Shown here: positions 1-9,597 of the stretch, one piece after another | Layout: each line of letters starts with the position of its first letter | Numbering within the stretch: position 1 is the stretch's first letter | Source: a virus | Lineage: Duplodnaviria > Caudoviricetes | Virus record (IMG/VR): IMGVR_UViG_2744054517_000003 | Span: 1 to 64,000 of that record | Strand: one strand, 5' to 3' | Length of the DNA: 64,000 nt | Notes under the pieces: generated by a model | What the model saw: only the letters and a program-made list of their open reading frames with translations | Told to the model about the DNA's origin: nothing | Databases searched by the model: none | Program-made: the position numbers and the translations under genes

Positions 1-768
1 ATGAAAAAACTATCAACACTATTTTTATTATCTATAATACTTTTATTTAGTTTTAATCAAGGTGTTTATGCCGCAACAGTAGGTGATCCCCTTACTTCTC
101 CAGAGGAAGGTTGGAATCGGTACGATGACACCGACTCCACTATTCAATATGAAGGTAATGGGTGGTTTAAATCTACAAACGGAACCTTTTATAATGGCTC
201 TGAGACATTAACTAATGACAATAATGAAAAATTCATTAAATTTAATTTCACAGGAACAAAAATAAGACTCATTACTACCGTATCTATTTGGAAAACTCAA
301 AATTATACCCTGACACTTGATGGAGTCGAATATCCTTATACACAGTACAATAAAAAAAGTGCTTTTCAAGCTATTTCGTTTGAAAAAACGGGCTTGCCAC
401 AAGGAGAACACACATTAATAATTAAAACTAATGGTGCTATTGGAATGGATGCATTTGATATTGATGGGATATTGAAAACTTATAACCCAGATATAAAAAC
501 TACTCCTGATCAAGATACACCTAAGGATATCGGCCGAGCTATTTTAGTAGTCACTATGGATACTGGTCTTGAAAAAGAGTTCGACCTGAGTATGAAAGAA
601 GTTAACGATTTTATTGCCTGGTATGAGGCTAAACAAGCAGGTACAGGTACAGCTTCCTACGCAATCAATAAACATAAGAATAACATAGGTCCTTTTAGCA
701 GTCGCAATGACTATGTAATATTCAATAAAATACTCACATTTGAAGTAAGTGAGTATTCAACTAAATAA
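1..768 (+). CDS. secreted protein with beta-sandwich (carbohydrate-binding-like) domain and distinct C-terminal domain
   Basis: 255-aa ORF; N-terminal signal peptide ending VYA-A; W.RYDD...FNFTGTKIRLI...LPQGEHTLII pattern of jelly-roll domains. Confidence 0.55.
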   Translation: MKKLSTLFLLSIILLFSFNQGVYAATVGDPLTSPEEGWNRYDDTDSTIQYEGNGWFKSTNGTFYNGSETLTNDNNEKFIKFNFTGTKIRLITTVSIWKTQNYTLTLDGVEYPYTQYNKKSAFQAISFEKTGLPQGEHTLIIKTNGAIGMDAFDIDGILKTYNPDIKTTPDQDTPKDIGRAILVVTMDTGLEKEFDLSMKEVNDFIAWYEAKQAGTGTASYAINKHKNNIGPFSSRNDYVIFNKILTFEVSEYSTK

Positions 769-790
769 ACAACAAAGGACTCCATACTGG

Positions 791-1033
791 TTACATACCA
801 GCGGAGTCCTTTTTCACATCTACTCTAATTTCAAATTGATTCCGTATGTAATAAGCTCCTGCAATTTTTACCGAATCAGGCGAAAACTTTTCTATAGTGC
901 CACCATAGTCTACAACCGACACCATATCCTCTCTCAACGACTGAACAACATATACTCTTACCTAGCTTAATGCAGCAGCAAATAGTTCTATATCCGATTT
1001 TAACACTTTATATGTATGGTTCATGCTGATCAC
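791..1033 (-). pseudogene. paralogue of the 78-aa gene at 60391-60627 with in-frame TAG
   Basis: translates MISMNHTYKVLKSDIELFAAALS*VRVYVVQSL...; CAG in the other copy is TAG here (962-964). Confidence 0.85.
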
Positions 1034-1082
1034 CTCAGGATAGGTACTTGATGGATTGTGTAGAAACCCCTTCAATGTATAA

Positions 1083-1110
1083 ACCCGCCGACCACTTAAG
1101 GTTAGCGGGT
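1083..1110. terminator. hairpin/terminator of the repeated CCGACC-N-TAAGGTTAGC family
   Basis: CCCGCCGACC-ACTTAA-GGTTAGCGGG just downstream of the peptide gene; related copies near 59755, 60675 and 63383. Confidence 0.7.
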
Positions 1111-1127
1111 ATTTGCTTTACTTACGT

Positions 1128-1248
1128 TTAAGCACCGCCAACTTGGTCAAACAATTGTACGAATTGGCTATGGTTATTCGACTGAACAGGCACAGTAGCA
1201 ATAAATAAAAAACTAGCTGCAATGATTAACAGTACCGTTTTTTAACAT
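1128..1248 (-). pseudogene. Alo/RRNPP-type signalling pro-peptide, frameshifted in an A-tract
   Basis: ATG TTA then A6; restoring 2 A gives MLKKTVLLIIAASFLFIATVPVQSNNHSQFVQLFDQVGGA, colinear with the intact peptide at 60712-60834. Confidence 0.75.
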
Positions 1249-1284
1249 TGTCTAACCATGCATTCTATAAAGAGGGCATGAATA

Positions 1285-2664
1285 TTAATAGTAAAATAAT
1301 CTATCTCTTTGCCCTACGCTAACTAAACTTTCATACTTTATAAAAGTTCTAACGTCAGCAAATTGTTTAAACTGCTCAAACAATCTTATACATCTAATGA
1401 AAAAGGATTCTTTGTTATTGGCTAATGATTTAGATAACACGTCTAGGAGGTATTTGAAGCCATAAGAGTAATTGCCTCTGTTCAAGTAGTATTTAGCAAG
1501 TTCATATTTAAAACGTGTTGTCTGCTCTGGTACTACCTGATAAGTATATATATCCGATGATGGCTGTTGTACAAAAGAATCAATAACCATATCAAATCTT
1601 TTAAGTATATCTAACTTATATCGGTTAGCAGCAAACATTACGTTCAACAGTTTAGTAACCATTTCATTATCGACCTTTGAGGCAGCAATGTATTCTACAT
1701 AATCCGAAAGTACACTTATATCCCCAGACAGGAGTGTATTAACATAAATATTGCATTCTGCCCAGTTTTGGAACAAGCCAATCCAGTGTTGGGTGGTCTC
1801 GTCCGTCTCTTCGACCCAACCTAAATCAGCGTAGGCATATGTATATTGTAGAGCTTGTTGATAATCGTCTTGGGCTTCACATACACTTGCACACAACAAG
1901 TCAGCATAGGAAATATATACAAACAACGGGCGACTTAGCTTATTGACAGACTCATCCCGCTCTCGACTCCGTTGTTCATGTTTCATTGAATATTGGATTT
2001 CTGCCTTGGCTCTCATTTTCCTCGCCATTTCGTCAACCTTGTCCCATTTACGCAAAGACCTGTATACATTAGCCAAATCCTTCAACGCATCAAGCTGGTC
2101 ACTTTCATCCAGCCGTTCGACAAAAGCTTCAAACACCGCTGCCGCCCTAATGTTACGACTTTGATCGTCTCCAATTTGAATCGTGAATATGCGATATTGA
2201 CAGACTGCCAAACGTTCAGAATGTTGATATTTCTCCGCTTCAGCTACCCCCTCATAGAGCAGCAATGCAGCCGCATTTCTTCCCTGCGACAACAATTCTT
2301 CTGCAATTTCAAATAACTTGGGTGAATACAGCAGATTGTCCATGATGGCTCCCACCACTCGACGAATCACATCCAACTTGTCCAATTCTGCACAGCGATA
2401 CAAAAATGGCTCGATTCGCCTCATATTCGGAGGATGGTCGACGATGTAATTTTCCACGAACAAGTCGTAAAAGTGACCTTCAGGCAAACCCATAGCCTCA
2501 GTAATGAGGTCAAGCTGGTTAACTGACATAGACTTATTCCCTGTTACAATAGCACTTATTATTCCCCTATTCATGCCTGCAATTTGTCCAAATTGCGCTA
2601 TGTTCAAACCCTCTTGCTGTAGATATCTGTCTAATTCTGCTCGAATCGTAGGTGTATGCTTCAT
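1285..2664 (-). CDS. HTH + TPR-like peptide-receptor regulator (AloR/AimR-like RRNPP family)
   Basis: N-terminal XRE HTH then long helical repeat region; near-identical N-terminal half to 60797-62212; pro-peptide remnant downstream; start taken at MKHTPT after GGGTGG RBS. Confidence 0.8.
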   Translation of the reverse strand: MKHTPTIRAELDRYLQQEGLNIAQFGQIAGMNRGIISAIVTGNKSMSVNQLDLITEAMGLPEGHFYDLFVENYIVDHPPNMRRIEPFLYRCAELDKLDVIRRVVGAIMDNLLYSPKLFEIAEELLSQGRNAAALLLYEGVAEAEKYQHSERLAVCQYRIFTIQIGDDQSRNIRAAAVFEAFVERLDESDQLDALKDLANVYRSLRKWDKVDEMARKMRAKAEIQYSMKHEQRSRERDESVNKLSRPLFVYISYADLLCASVCEAQDDYQQALQYTYAYADLGWVEETDETTQHWIGLFQNWAECNIYVNTLLSGDISVLSDYVEYIAASKVDNEMVTKLLNVMFAANRYKLDILKRFDMVIDSFVQQPSSDIYTYQVVPEQTTRFKYELAKYYLNRGNYSYGFKYLLDVLSKSLANNKESFFIRCIRLFEQFKQFADVRTFIKYESLVSVGQRDRLFYY

Positions 2665-2902
2665 GTCATAGCCACCCCTCGCATAGAAATTCCAGTATTT
2701 TATAATCATTTACTATTTTTGTCCAGTAATTAACAGTTGTCAATATCTTTTTTGCGAATCATGTAGAAAGGCTACGTTTGTCATAAGGGTACTCCTGTAA
2801 ACAAAAAAACACCCCACCAGCTTAGCCAGTAGGGTGTTACCGATCATTTAGATTTCAGAACGATGCTTCCATATATGTTGTTATCAGTATTGACAAAAAT
2901 AT

Positions 2903-3670
2903 TCAAACACTACATTGCTTTAATACATCATCACTGATTAAGCAGTGTTCTAAACATTTTTTTTCTAGTTCTTCTAAATCACTATCCCAGATTCCCTTAT
3001 TGACCATATGTTTCTTGATATCATAGTAATTTTCATCACTAAACAGAGCATAAGAGCATGTAGCACTATACTCTGATTCTGATTGGCAAGAATTTAATAG
3101 GTTATGCACCTTACATATCATTTCATTCTGATCATCAATTGCCTGAGTTCCATTTGTCTTCTCAATCCATTTCACCAGTATATCCAAGGTTTCAGACACT
3201 TGATTACCTATTTTGAATCTAGGCAACATAAGACGTTCAGAATCATTTAACTGTAAAATCCGAACAGTCCTTTTTCCAATTTCGTCCTTGCTGAAAAAAC
3301 GATAATTTTTGATAAATAAGTGCTGACGTGGTTCATCGATTGTAGGATTTATGATTGGTTCGTGTTTCGTATCGTGATCTCTCTTTAAACCGTTACATCG
3401 TTTGCATATTGGTAGAAGATTAAACCAATCTACAACTTCATATGGGTATAAAGACTTGGGATGAAAATGTTCTACCTCAATATATTTACTTTCTTCTCCC
3501 AGCTTGCATTCACAAAAAATACATTTATCATGACTCATAGTTAATAATGCTTTTTTAATATAATCTTGGTTCCAAACATTTTTTTTAGTTTTCAAATATT
3601 CTTCGGTTAGTTCTTTTACTTTTTCACTAGTCATTTGATGTGGAGGAAAAGTTCTTGTAATTTTTATCAT
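2903..3670 (-). CDS. ptuB: HNH endonuclease, Septu PtuB-like
   Basis: KCIFCE...EVEHFHPKS...WFNLLPICKRCNGLK; directly downstream of an AAA ATPase. Confidence 0.75.
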   Translation of the reverse strand: MIKITRTFPPHQMTSEKVKELTEEYLKTKKNVWNQDYIKKALLTMSHDKCIFCECKLGEESKYIEVEHFHPKSLYPYEVVDWFNLLPICKRCNGLKRDHDTKHEPIINPTIDEPRQHLFIKNYRFFSKDEIGKRTVRILQLNDSERLMLPRFKIGNQVSETLDILVKWIEKTNGTQAIDDQNEMICKVHNLLNSCQSESEYSATCSYALFSDENYYDIKKHMVNKGIWDSDLEELEKKCLEHCLISDDVLKQCSV

Positions 3671-3673
3671 AGC

Positions 3674-4828
3674 TCACCCTAAAGAACCCAATTGGAGTTC
3701 ATATACCTTCCTCATCGGACTTCGTGGATGTAACATTTTATTTAAAACGTCGAATAATTCTCTTGCTTGCTCAACATCTTCATTATCCAAAGCATGTTCA
3801 AATTTATTTTTAATCTCAATATATTTATTCGATCTTGTCTCCTTTAAGCCCATAACATCTTCTAATATTTCTTCTACTGTCCACCCTTTAAAACCATACT
3901 CAGACTTAAATAGATCTAGTTCAATCACTTCTCCCTCTTCATCAATGCCAAGAGCAATAAGTTCTTCTGAATTTGCTTCCTGAATCATATGTGGACTATG
4001 AGTAGTAATAATAATTTGTGCATTAGTGAACGTAGTTCTAAGCGCATCAACAAAAGGACCTTGCCAATAAGGATGCAAATGAGCATCTGCTTCATCAATT
4101 AGAATGATACCATCAAAATCCGAAACTTTAACTTTGGGTGTCATATTGAATTCAATTTCTTTAATTAAACCTAATAAAATAAATAGGGTTGATTTGAATC
4201 CAGAGGATAAATATTCAAAATAAATCCTCCCTCTTGACGTGTCTACCATTGTATCTAGTGTCGAATGGTCAATATGAGAATAGGTTACACTGGGATCTAG
4301 TAATGAGAAACATTTCTTCGCTAAAACCAAGTTAAATAACTCTGCTTCGGAAAGGTTTCCCTGAGGTTCAAATAGAACTCTATTACTAAACCAGGTTTTT
4401 ATTGAATGTGGGCTCATACCATTAACAACATATTGTTGGTAATTATTTATGTTTCTTTCCTCATCAGCACGTATTCCATCAATTTTCTGATATTCAAAGT
4501 GTCTCTGATCTTTTATATAGATTACTTTCAATACTTTTTCATGAAAAAGTAAGCTGTAATTCTTGTTTGAATCAGAAGGTGAAAATGAATTTGTGTCGAA
4601 GACACTTTCTCTCCCATCAATGTTTACTTTCCATATCCCCTTATCGGTTCTCGCATTACGTTTCAACTTTCCAGAACTCGAAAAACTGAAAGCATGAACT
4701 ATACATTCGAGAATTGTACTCTTTCCTACGCCATTCATTCCACAAATCATATTTAATTTATCATTAAATGAAACATTAAGGTCTTTTATACCACCTATAT
4801 TTTGAATAGTTACTGAATCAACTTTCAT
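3674..4828 (-). CDS. ptuA: ABC/AAA-family ATPase, Septu PtuA-like
   Basis: Walker A GMNGVGKST, signature LSSG, Walker B ILIDE.DAHLHP.WQ, IITTHSP; C-terminal GWTVEEILEDVMG; start at MKVDSV after GGGGGAG RBS. Confidence 0.75.
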   Translation of the reverse strand: MKVDSVTIQNIGGIKDLNVSFNDKLNMICGMNGVGKSTILECIVHAFSFSSSGKLKRNARTDKGIWKVNIDGRESVFDTNSFSPSDSNKNYSLLFHEKVLKVIYIKDQRHFEYQKIDGIRADEERNINNYQQYVVNGMSPHSIKTWFSNRVLFEPQGNLSEAELFNLVLAKKCFSLLDPSVTYSHIDHSTLDTMVDTSRGRIYFEYLSSGFKSTLFILLGLIKEIEFNMTPKVKVSDFDGIILIDEADAHLHPYWQGPFVDALRTTFTNAQIIITTHSPHMIQEANSEELIALGIDEEGEVIELDLFKSEYGFKGWTVEEILEDVMGLKETRSNKYIEIKNKFEHALDNEDVEQARELFDVLNKMLHPRSPMRKVYELQLGSLG

Positions 4829-4880
4829 TGAATAATCTCCCCCCTTATTCAAGAGGATTATACCACAATATTCCACGCAT

Positions 4881-5111
4881 TTATTCTAAATTATAAGTTT
4901 TGAGTAGTTCGCTCTTAGATATGCTCTTACACTGGTTTATCCACTCTTTATTAGTATCTTTTTCCATTGGACCAATAAGTGCTATATCACCATTTGAACT
5001 AACTGCATAAAAAACTCTTCTTTCCCCAGTTTTTTTGTGAGTAATAACAACGTTTGGGACTGAGTAAGGAACAATCAATTTTTCTAATTTGCTCAAATTT
5101 ATCGCCTCCAC
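4881..5111 (-). CDS. small hypothetical protein upstream of the Septu-like pair
   Basis: 76-aa ORF, AT-rich, same strand as ptuAB. Confidence 0.45.
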   Translation of the reverse strand: MEAINLSKLEKLIVPYSVPNVVITHKKTGERRVFYAVSSNGDIALIGPMEKDTNKEWINQCKSISKSELLKTYNLE

Positions 5112-5325
5112 TAATTAAAGTATATTTATTGGGACATAAAAAATGACAAGTCCAATAAGAATGGACTTGTCATACTACAATTCTAATTGAGTTTAGAACA
5201 TTTATAGTGGGCTTTCGGGATGATTTTAGCATGAACTTGAGATGATTTAAGGAAGTTCCATAGCAATTCCTGTACCAGTAGCGCTTAATCCCCTTGCCTT
5301 ATACACATAAACCAGCAAACATGTA

Positions 5326-5544
5326 TTATTGCGGATCTTCCGTGGTCGTTGAACTAGCCGATTTACCGTCCACATAAGCCTCGCCCATAATGTAGGTAAT
5401 CACTGCACCGAATGCACCGATCACGCCAGTCACTTGAATAACCGTGCCGTTACTGGCTCCAAATGCAGTAAGCAAGCTTGTCAGCAAAGCAGCCAATAAC
5501 GCCCAAAACTTACGGCTGGATAATTTTCGTTTCCAGTCTGTCAT
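5326..5544 (-). CDS. small phage holin
   Basis: MTDWKRKLSSRKFW plus two hydrophobic helices and YI.GEAYVD; follows the endolysin. Confidence 0.8.
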   Translation of the reverse strand: MTDWKRKLSSRKFWALLAALLTSLLTAFGASNGTVIQVTGVIGAFGAVITYIMGEAYVDGKSASSTTTEDPQ

Positions 5545-6308
5545 TATGCAACGTCTCCCTTCTTGAATACTCCAGCTCGGTCAAGCAATGTGATCATACG
5601 GTAAAAGTCGTAGCTACCGTCATTTGCCGTGTCCAGAACTCCTGCAGCTTTAGCATTAATACACGCTTGCTCGGCCCACGCTGGAACCTTTGTAAGTTTG
5701 TTTGCAGATTCGAGCGCGATCACACGTTTTTGTAGTGCATTAAACGCTGTTTTTTCTTCTGCTGTCATTTCCTCATCCTCCATATTCATTTTGTTCAATC
5801 TGGACAACACAGCATTAAGCTGCGCCTGACTTGGTCGTTTACCTGCCCGAAAGTCTGCTGTAGACAAGCTAAAGACCATCTGTAGGTGGGGCATGTCCTT
5901 GAATGTACGCCAGTCTCCCCCCCACTCAAGCCCAAGTTTCTTTGCTTCTTCGACCACCTCCGACCAGTCAGGAAGGGAGTCCTTATCATCGTCTTTCAAT
6001 GTGTCCCAGGACACCGTACGACCGTCACGCAACAGCAGCGCGAAATCGGCCGCAAACCCAAAGTTATGATTGCTATATCCGCCCCTGGCTTTTGTTACTT
6101 TGGGACGCTTATCTCCATTCCGTCCCTGGGCATAGAGCGCGTCCTGTTCCGCATACGTTCGCAAGCCTTGGGTTATCACAATCCAAACACCACGGACATA
6201 GCAACGCTCAATTAATTTTTCCACTACAATTTTAAAAACTGGATTCAGCCCGACAAGTCGATTAAGAGACTTTTTTTGTATCTGTTCCAGTGTCAGCACC
6301 TTTGTCAT
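5544..6308 (-). CDS. endolysin, M15 family L-Ala-D-Glu peptidase (CwlK/Ply500-like)
   Basis: ITQGLRT.AEQDALYAQGR, S.HNFG.A.D, EWGGDW.TFKD.PHLQ motifs. Confidence 0.9.
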   Translation of the reverse strand: MTKVLTLEQIQKKSLNRLVGLNPVFKIVVEKLIERCYVRGVWIVITQGLRTYAEQDALYAQGRNGDKRPKVTKARGGYSNHNFGFAADFALLLRDGRTVSWDTLKDDDKDSLPDWSEVVEEAKKLGLEWGGDWRTFKDMPHLQMVFSLSTADFRAGKRPSQAQLNAVLSRLNKMNMEDEEMTAEEKTAFNALQKRVIALESANKLTKVPAWAEQACINAKAAGVLDTANDGSYDFYRMITLLDRAGVFKKGDVA

Positions 6309-6744
6309 CTCCTTTCTCTTTCAATTGTTGTAAGAAGTTTTTGAGCTTGAACGGCAATGGGATTCCCATTGCTCCCCAGTTCTCGGCCAAGGAAAGTCCT
6401 TCACGGCCAGCGTAGAAGTAAATAGCCGCCGTTCGGAAGATCGGTGCGCCTGGTTGCAGCCAATTGTCCAATTGTGCGGACAATCCCACCACCGTCAAAA
6501 CCGTAGCCTTTCGAATGCCTCCCCAAAACATCACATCGCTGTCCATTTTTTTGTTTTTAATAGCCGCGGCAACTCCAAAAATATAATCCAATACCATCAT
6601 CGTAAGCAGCACCTGAAGCGGCTTGTCCCACCCACCCAAAAATGTAACAATCAGACCAGTCAGCGCCGCCACTCCCCCTGCCGCCGCCTCCTTTTCCGAT
6701 GTCCCGACGATTGCGGTCCATACGGTGCTGCCAAACATTTTTAT
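6262..6744 (-). CDS. phage holin (Phage_holin_4_1/toxin-secretion type)
   Basis: FLGGWD...MVLDY..GV, EG.S..EN....G.P.P motif; overlaps lysin start; start codon uncertain. Confidence 0.85.
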   Translation of the reverse strand: MKMFGSTVWTAIVGTSEKEAAAGGVAALTGLIVTFLGGWDKPLQVLLTMMVLDYIFGVAAAIKNKKMDSDVMFWGGIRKATVLTVVGLSAQLDNWLQPGAPIFRTAAIYFYAGREGLSLAENWGAMGIPLPFKLKNFLQQLKEKGDDKGADTGTDTKKVS

Positions 6745-6832
6745 TTGGCTCACTACCTTTTCCCCCTTAAAAAATAAAGCCTCCAACCACTCCAGGGGCA
6801 TAAAAAATAGCGCATCCGATTGGATACGCCGC

Positions 6833-7030
6833 TTACTCTTCTTGTTCTGTTGTTTGTTCGGCTGCTAGAGTTGTTGGAGCTGCTGGAGCCGCCTGTGAAG
6901 GCTCATTAATGCCCAAGTCTGCTTTAACCAAGTCTCGCAATCCTACTGGTACATCCTCAATTTCACGGCGGCCAGCAAGGATAAGATGTACAAGTGTCGT
7001 CGCAAAAGCTTTTTTAATCTGCTCATTCAT
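6833..7030 (-). CDS. small CD1375/XkdX-like phage protein
   Basis: LI.AGRR.IEDVP..LR..V motif after the fibre chaperone; start at MNEQ after GAGGGGAGG. Confidence 0.65.
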   Translation of the reverse strand: MNEQIKKAFATTLVHLILAGRREIEDVPVGLRDLVKADLGINEPSQAAPAAPTTLAAEQTTEQEE

Positions 7031-7091
7031 GATTTTTTCACCTCCCCTCATGAACTGCGTGAGAACAAAAAGTAGAACCCGCTCCCGGATT

Positions 7092-7493
7092 CTATTTAGC
7101 ATCGGTCTGTGACATAACTAGCTGAATAAGCCCGGCTATGGCTTCTTTATTGTCCAAATCAGCCAGTTTAAGCTCCGCTACCTGATCCGTAAGAGGTTTC
7201 GTAGGGGGTGAGTCACTGCCACTCTTAGACGGGTATGTGAATTCCATTGTCTTAGTATCTGGATTCACTCTGTAACTGGTCGCGTGGTAGAAGTCTTCAG
7301 TATACTTATCAAACTCAAGTTTGAGGACGTCTACCTGTTCAGGATCATACCCCTTTAACAACGGATAAAAGCCCATATCATCCTCTTTAGTGGTCTCACG
7401 TGCTGACTCTGATTCGACTTGGGAAGTCATAAAAATAACCTCACCGCTTGATTTTCTCCAGTAAACCTTTGGCCCAATTTTCATATAAACCAC
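7092..7493 (-). CDS. putative tail-fibre assembly/chaperone protein
   Basis: IG.KVY....GEVI and YRVNPDTK..EFTY patterns; position after the fibre gene. Confidence 0.6.
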   Translation of the reverse strand: MVYMKIGPKVYWRKSSGEVIFMTSQVESESARETTKEDDMGFYPLLKGYDPEQVDVLKLEFDKYTEDFYHATSYRVNPDTKTMEFTYPSKSGSDSPPTKPLTDQVAELKLADLDNKEAIAGLIQLVMSQTDAK

Positions 7494-7501
7494 CCTTTCT
7501 A

Positions 7502-7729
7502 TTATTCAAATGCCCACCATTCAAAAGCTTTTAAAATAGCAAGCGACCCCCCACCGCCAGTTCGCAGCGATCCACTTGATACATTCACGACGAAACCACC
7601 GTTTTGTGGCGTTAGGTAAGGAGAATTAATCCGATTGTTGAAACTTCCGTCTTCCAGAGCTTGTCTTCCAAACGATCTTACATCGTATACTGTTCCGCTT
7701 AAATAAATCCTGTTGGATGTATCACGCAA
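7502..7729 (-). CDS. probable C-terminal part of the tail fibre (possible frameshift)
   Basis: overlaps upstream ORF by 8 nt with a TTG start and weak RBS; ends W.AFE like fibre tips. Confidence 0.45.
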   Translation of the reverse strand: MRDTSNRIYLSGTVYDVRSFGRQALEDGSFNNRINSPYLTPQNGGFVVNVSSGSLRTGGGGSLAILKAFEWWAFE

Positions 7730-8429
7730 ATTCCACTCTAAAAAATATCCCGTTAGGAGAAAAACCTAAACCTGATGCCGCCAGGGATAAATCTGCACCA
7801 CTACTAATACCGATGGATGTAGCGCTCTGCCCATTGAACGTACCGCTCGCGAATCGTTTTACAGGTGCATTTGTGATTGCTGCTGCTATCTGATCGCTGC
7901 TCATGTCAGAACTGGCGCCTCCAAATTTGCCGTTGATCGCGCCTACGATTTTATTTTTAAGATCAACGGCATGCGTAAAAGCTTGGTCTGCCCGGCTGTA
8001 TGCTTCATTGGCTCGATCATATGCCGTCTTGACCGCGATCGGCGCAGCTGCCTGATCTGTAGAAGTGCTGCTTACCGATGTATTAATCTGCACAATTCCG
8101 CGCGCCTGTGTTGATGCGGAAGGCAGATCCGATGCAGGATGCGTATGCGCCTTGGGTGCTGCATACTGCTCTGTATACTTCTTGGCGTTGCCCTCTGCTG
8201 CATTCCATGTTGCTTGCTTTGCTGCCGTAACATGCAGGTCTGTATTAGAGACGTGATTGTCCAGTGCTGCCTTGGACGCAATGTCATTACCGGCTGGATC
8301 GTTTTTAATGTTTTCAATCTGTGCAGCCAACGCCTGGTCGTTTTCATAAAGCGTATCAATCGGTACATTCAGAACGTCTGCATGTCCTTGGTCTGTGGTA
8401 ACAAAACGCCTTGGTTGCTTTATTGGCAT
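7722..8429 (-). CDS. phage tail fibre protein
   Basis: LPSASTQARGIVQINTSVSSTSTDQAAAPIAVKTAYD tail-fibre repeat; H..N.DLHVT...ATWN motif. Confidence 0.8.
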   Translation of the reverse strand: MPIKQPRRFVTTDQGHADVLNVPIDTLYENDQALAAQIENIKNDPAGNDIASKAALDNHVSNTDLHVTAAKQATWNAAEGNAKKYTEQYAAPKAHTHPASDLPSASTQARGIVQINTSVSSTSTDQAAAPIAVKTAYDRANEAYSRADQAFTHAVDLKNKIVGAINGKFGGASSDMSSDQIAAAITNAPVKRFASGTFNGQSATSIGISSGADLSLAASGLGFSPNGIFFRVEFA

Positions 8430-8445
8430 GATCTATCCCTCCTTA

Positions 8446-8835
8446 TCAGTAGATATTATCGATCTCAAAAATAAACTCCATATCTGCATCCTTGATTTTA
8501 TTGGTCATGGTGCGAACAGCAGTTAGCTTGCCCGCCGAATCAACCAACGCCAGCTCATTGATCGTTTTCCCGGCCAGCTCGTTTTCTGCAAGCGAGCAGA
8601 CATAACAAATAGTTGCAGGGGCTATAAATTCGTAACTGGTGATATCTTTTTGGAGCAGCTCCACTTTTAAGGCCTGCTCAGTACCATCCAAAGGCAGCGG
8701 TTTTCCCTCTGCATCCACGCCACCGCTGCCAAATGCCATTTTGGCCACCTTCGTTAGTGTACCGCCTTCGGCTCGCGCTCGGGCCATCTGCTCTCTGGCG
8801 TAGGCGGTTGTTACCGTTAATACTTGTTCAGCCAT
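8446..8835 (-). CDS. tail-collar fibre N-terminal domain protein (DUF3751-like)
   Basis: KMAFGSGG and INELALVDSAGKL.AVRT motifs. Confidence 0.7.
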   Translation of the reverse strand: MAEQVLTVTTAYAREQMARARAEGGTLTKVAKMAFGSGGVDAEGKPLPLDGTEQALKVELLQKDITSYEFIAPATICYVCSLAENELAGKTINELALVDSAGKLTAVRTMTNKIKDADMEFIFEIDNIY

Positions 8836-8844
8836 TGTTACCTC

Positions 8845-9597
8845 CTATACAGTTTCTATTTTTTCGGTAGAGCTGAGTAATCGGCTTCCATCGAGCGCAA
8901 CACTGCCATTCAGCAACCAATAATTCTGCCGGACCTTTACATTGCCTTCCTGTCGATTCTCTATTGGATGCCGGGTCTTCAGTTCCAACCTATTCTGATA
9001 TCGTTGGCGCTCACCAGTCCATCCAGACAAGGACGCAGCACCGTTTAATAGCTCCACTCCGTCCAGATACCAAGGACGACCACCAAAAAAACGAACACGC
9101 GAACGGAAATGTATGCGGGAATGGATCTGATGTGCATGATGAAATTCAATGTGAATTGAGGGCAAAGCCTTATTGATGTGGACAGGCCGAATGTACTCAA
9201 AGTCTTCCATCAGGCTTTTAATAACCAAATCCGATTCGACTGAGTAAACAAAACGAATTTGCTTAGCGAGAAAATCCTCTTGTACGTCCAACAGATTGCC
9301 ATACTTGTTGCCGATCAGCCGTAACGTAGGAAGCGTAAATGGCCGCTTGGCCCAACGTTTGCGACGTATCGCGTCACGGCGCTGCTCCAGTGTCCCAATC
9401 TGCTCCTGTCGGAAATATATCCACTCCCATATCGGTAGCGCCCAGGTAGCCCGTTGTAAGATAAACTGATTGTCCAAATCGTCAATTGACTTTTCACGCT
9501 CATCCACCACCAACTCCATAACACCAAAATGCCGCTCGGCCATGTCGATCTCATACATGAGCGGCGGCAACATCTGCCTATAACGAAGAGGGATCAT
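8845..9597 (-). CDS. baseplate wedge protein, XkdU/DUF2313-like
   Basis: QFILQRATWALPIWE...LEQRRDAI and IRPVHI; follows baseplate J. Confidence 0.75.
   Translation of the reverse strand: MIPLRYRQMLPPLMYEIDMAERHFGVMELVVDEREKSIDDLDNQFILQRATWALPIWEWIYFRQEQIGTLEQRRDAIRRKRWAKRPFTLPTLRLIGNKYGNLLDVQEDFLAKQIRFVYSVESDLVIKSLMEDFEYIRPVHINKALPSIHIEFHHAHQIHSRIHFRSRVRFFGGRPWYLDGVELLNGAASLSGWTGERQRYQNRLELKTRHPIENRQEGNVKVRQNYWLLNGSVALDGSRLLSSTEKIETV

Noticed and set aside
1285-2664. Naming the receptors aimR (arbitrium proper)
   Set aside because: Located at the lysis-distal end rather than by the integrase, no aimX evidence, and peptides look more Alo-like; left at family level
2903-5325. Retron (Ec78-type) system
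   Set aside because: No reverse transcriptase ORF near ptuAB; the upstream hairpin at about 5143-5173 looks like a terminator
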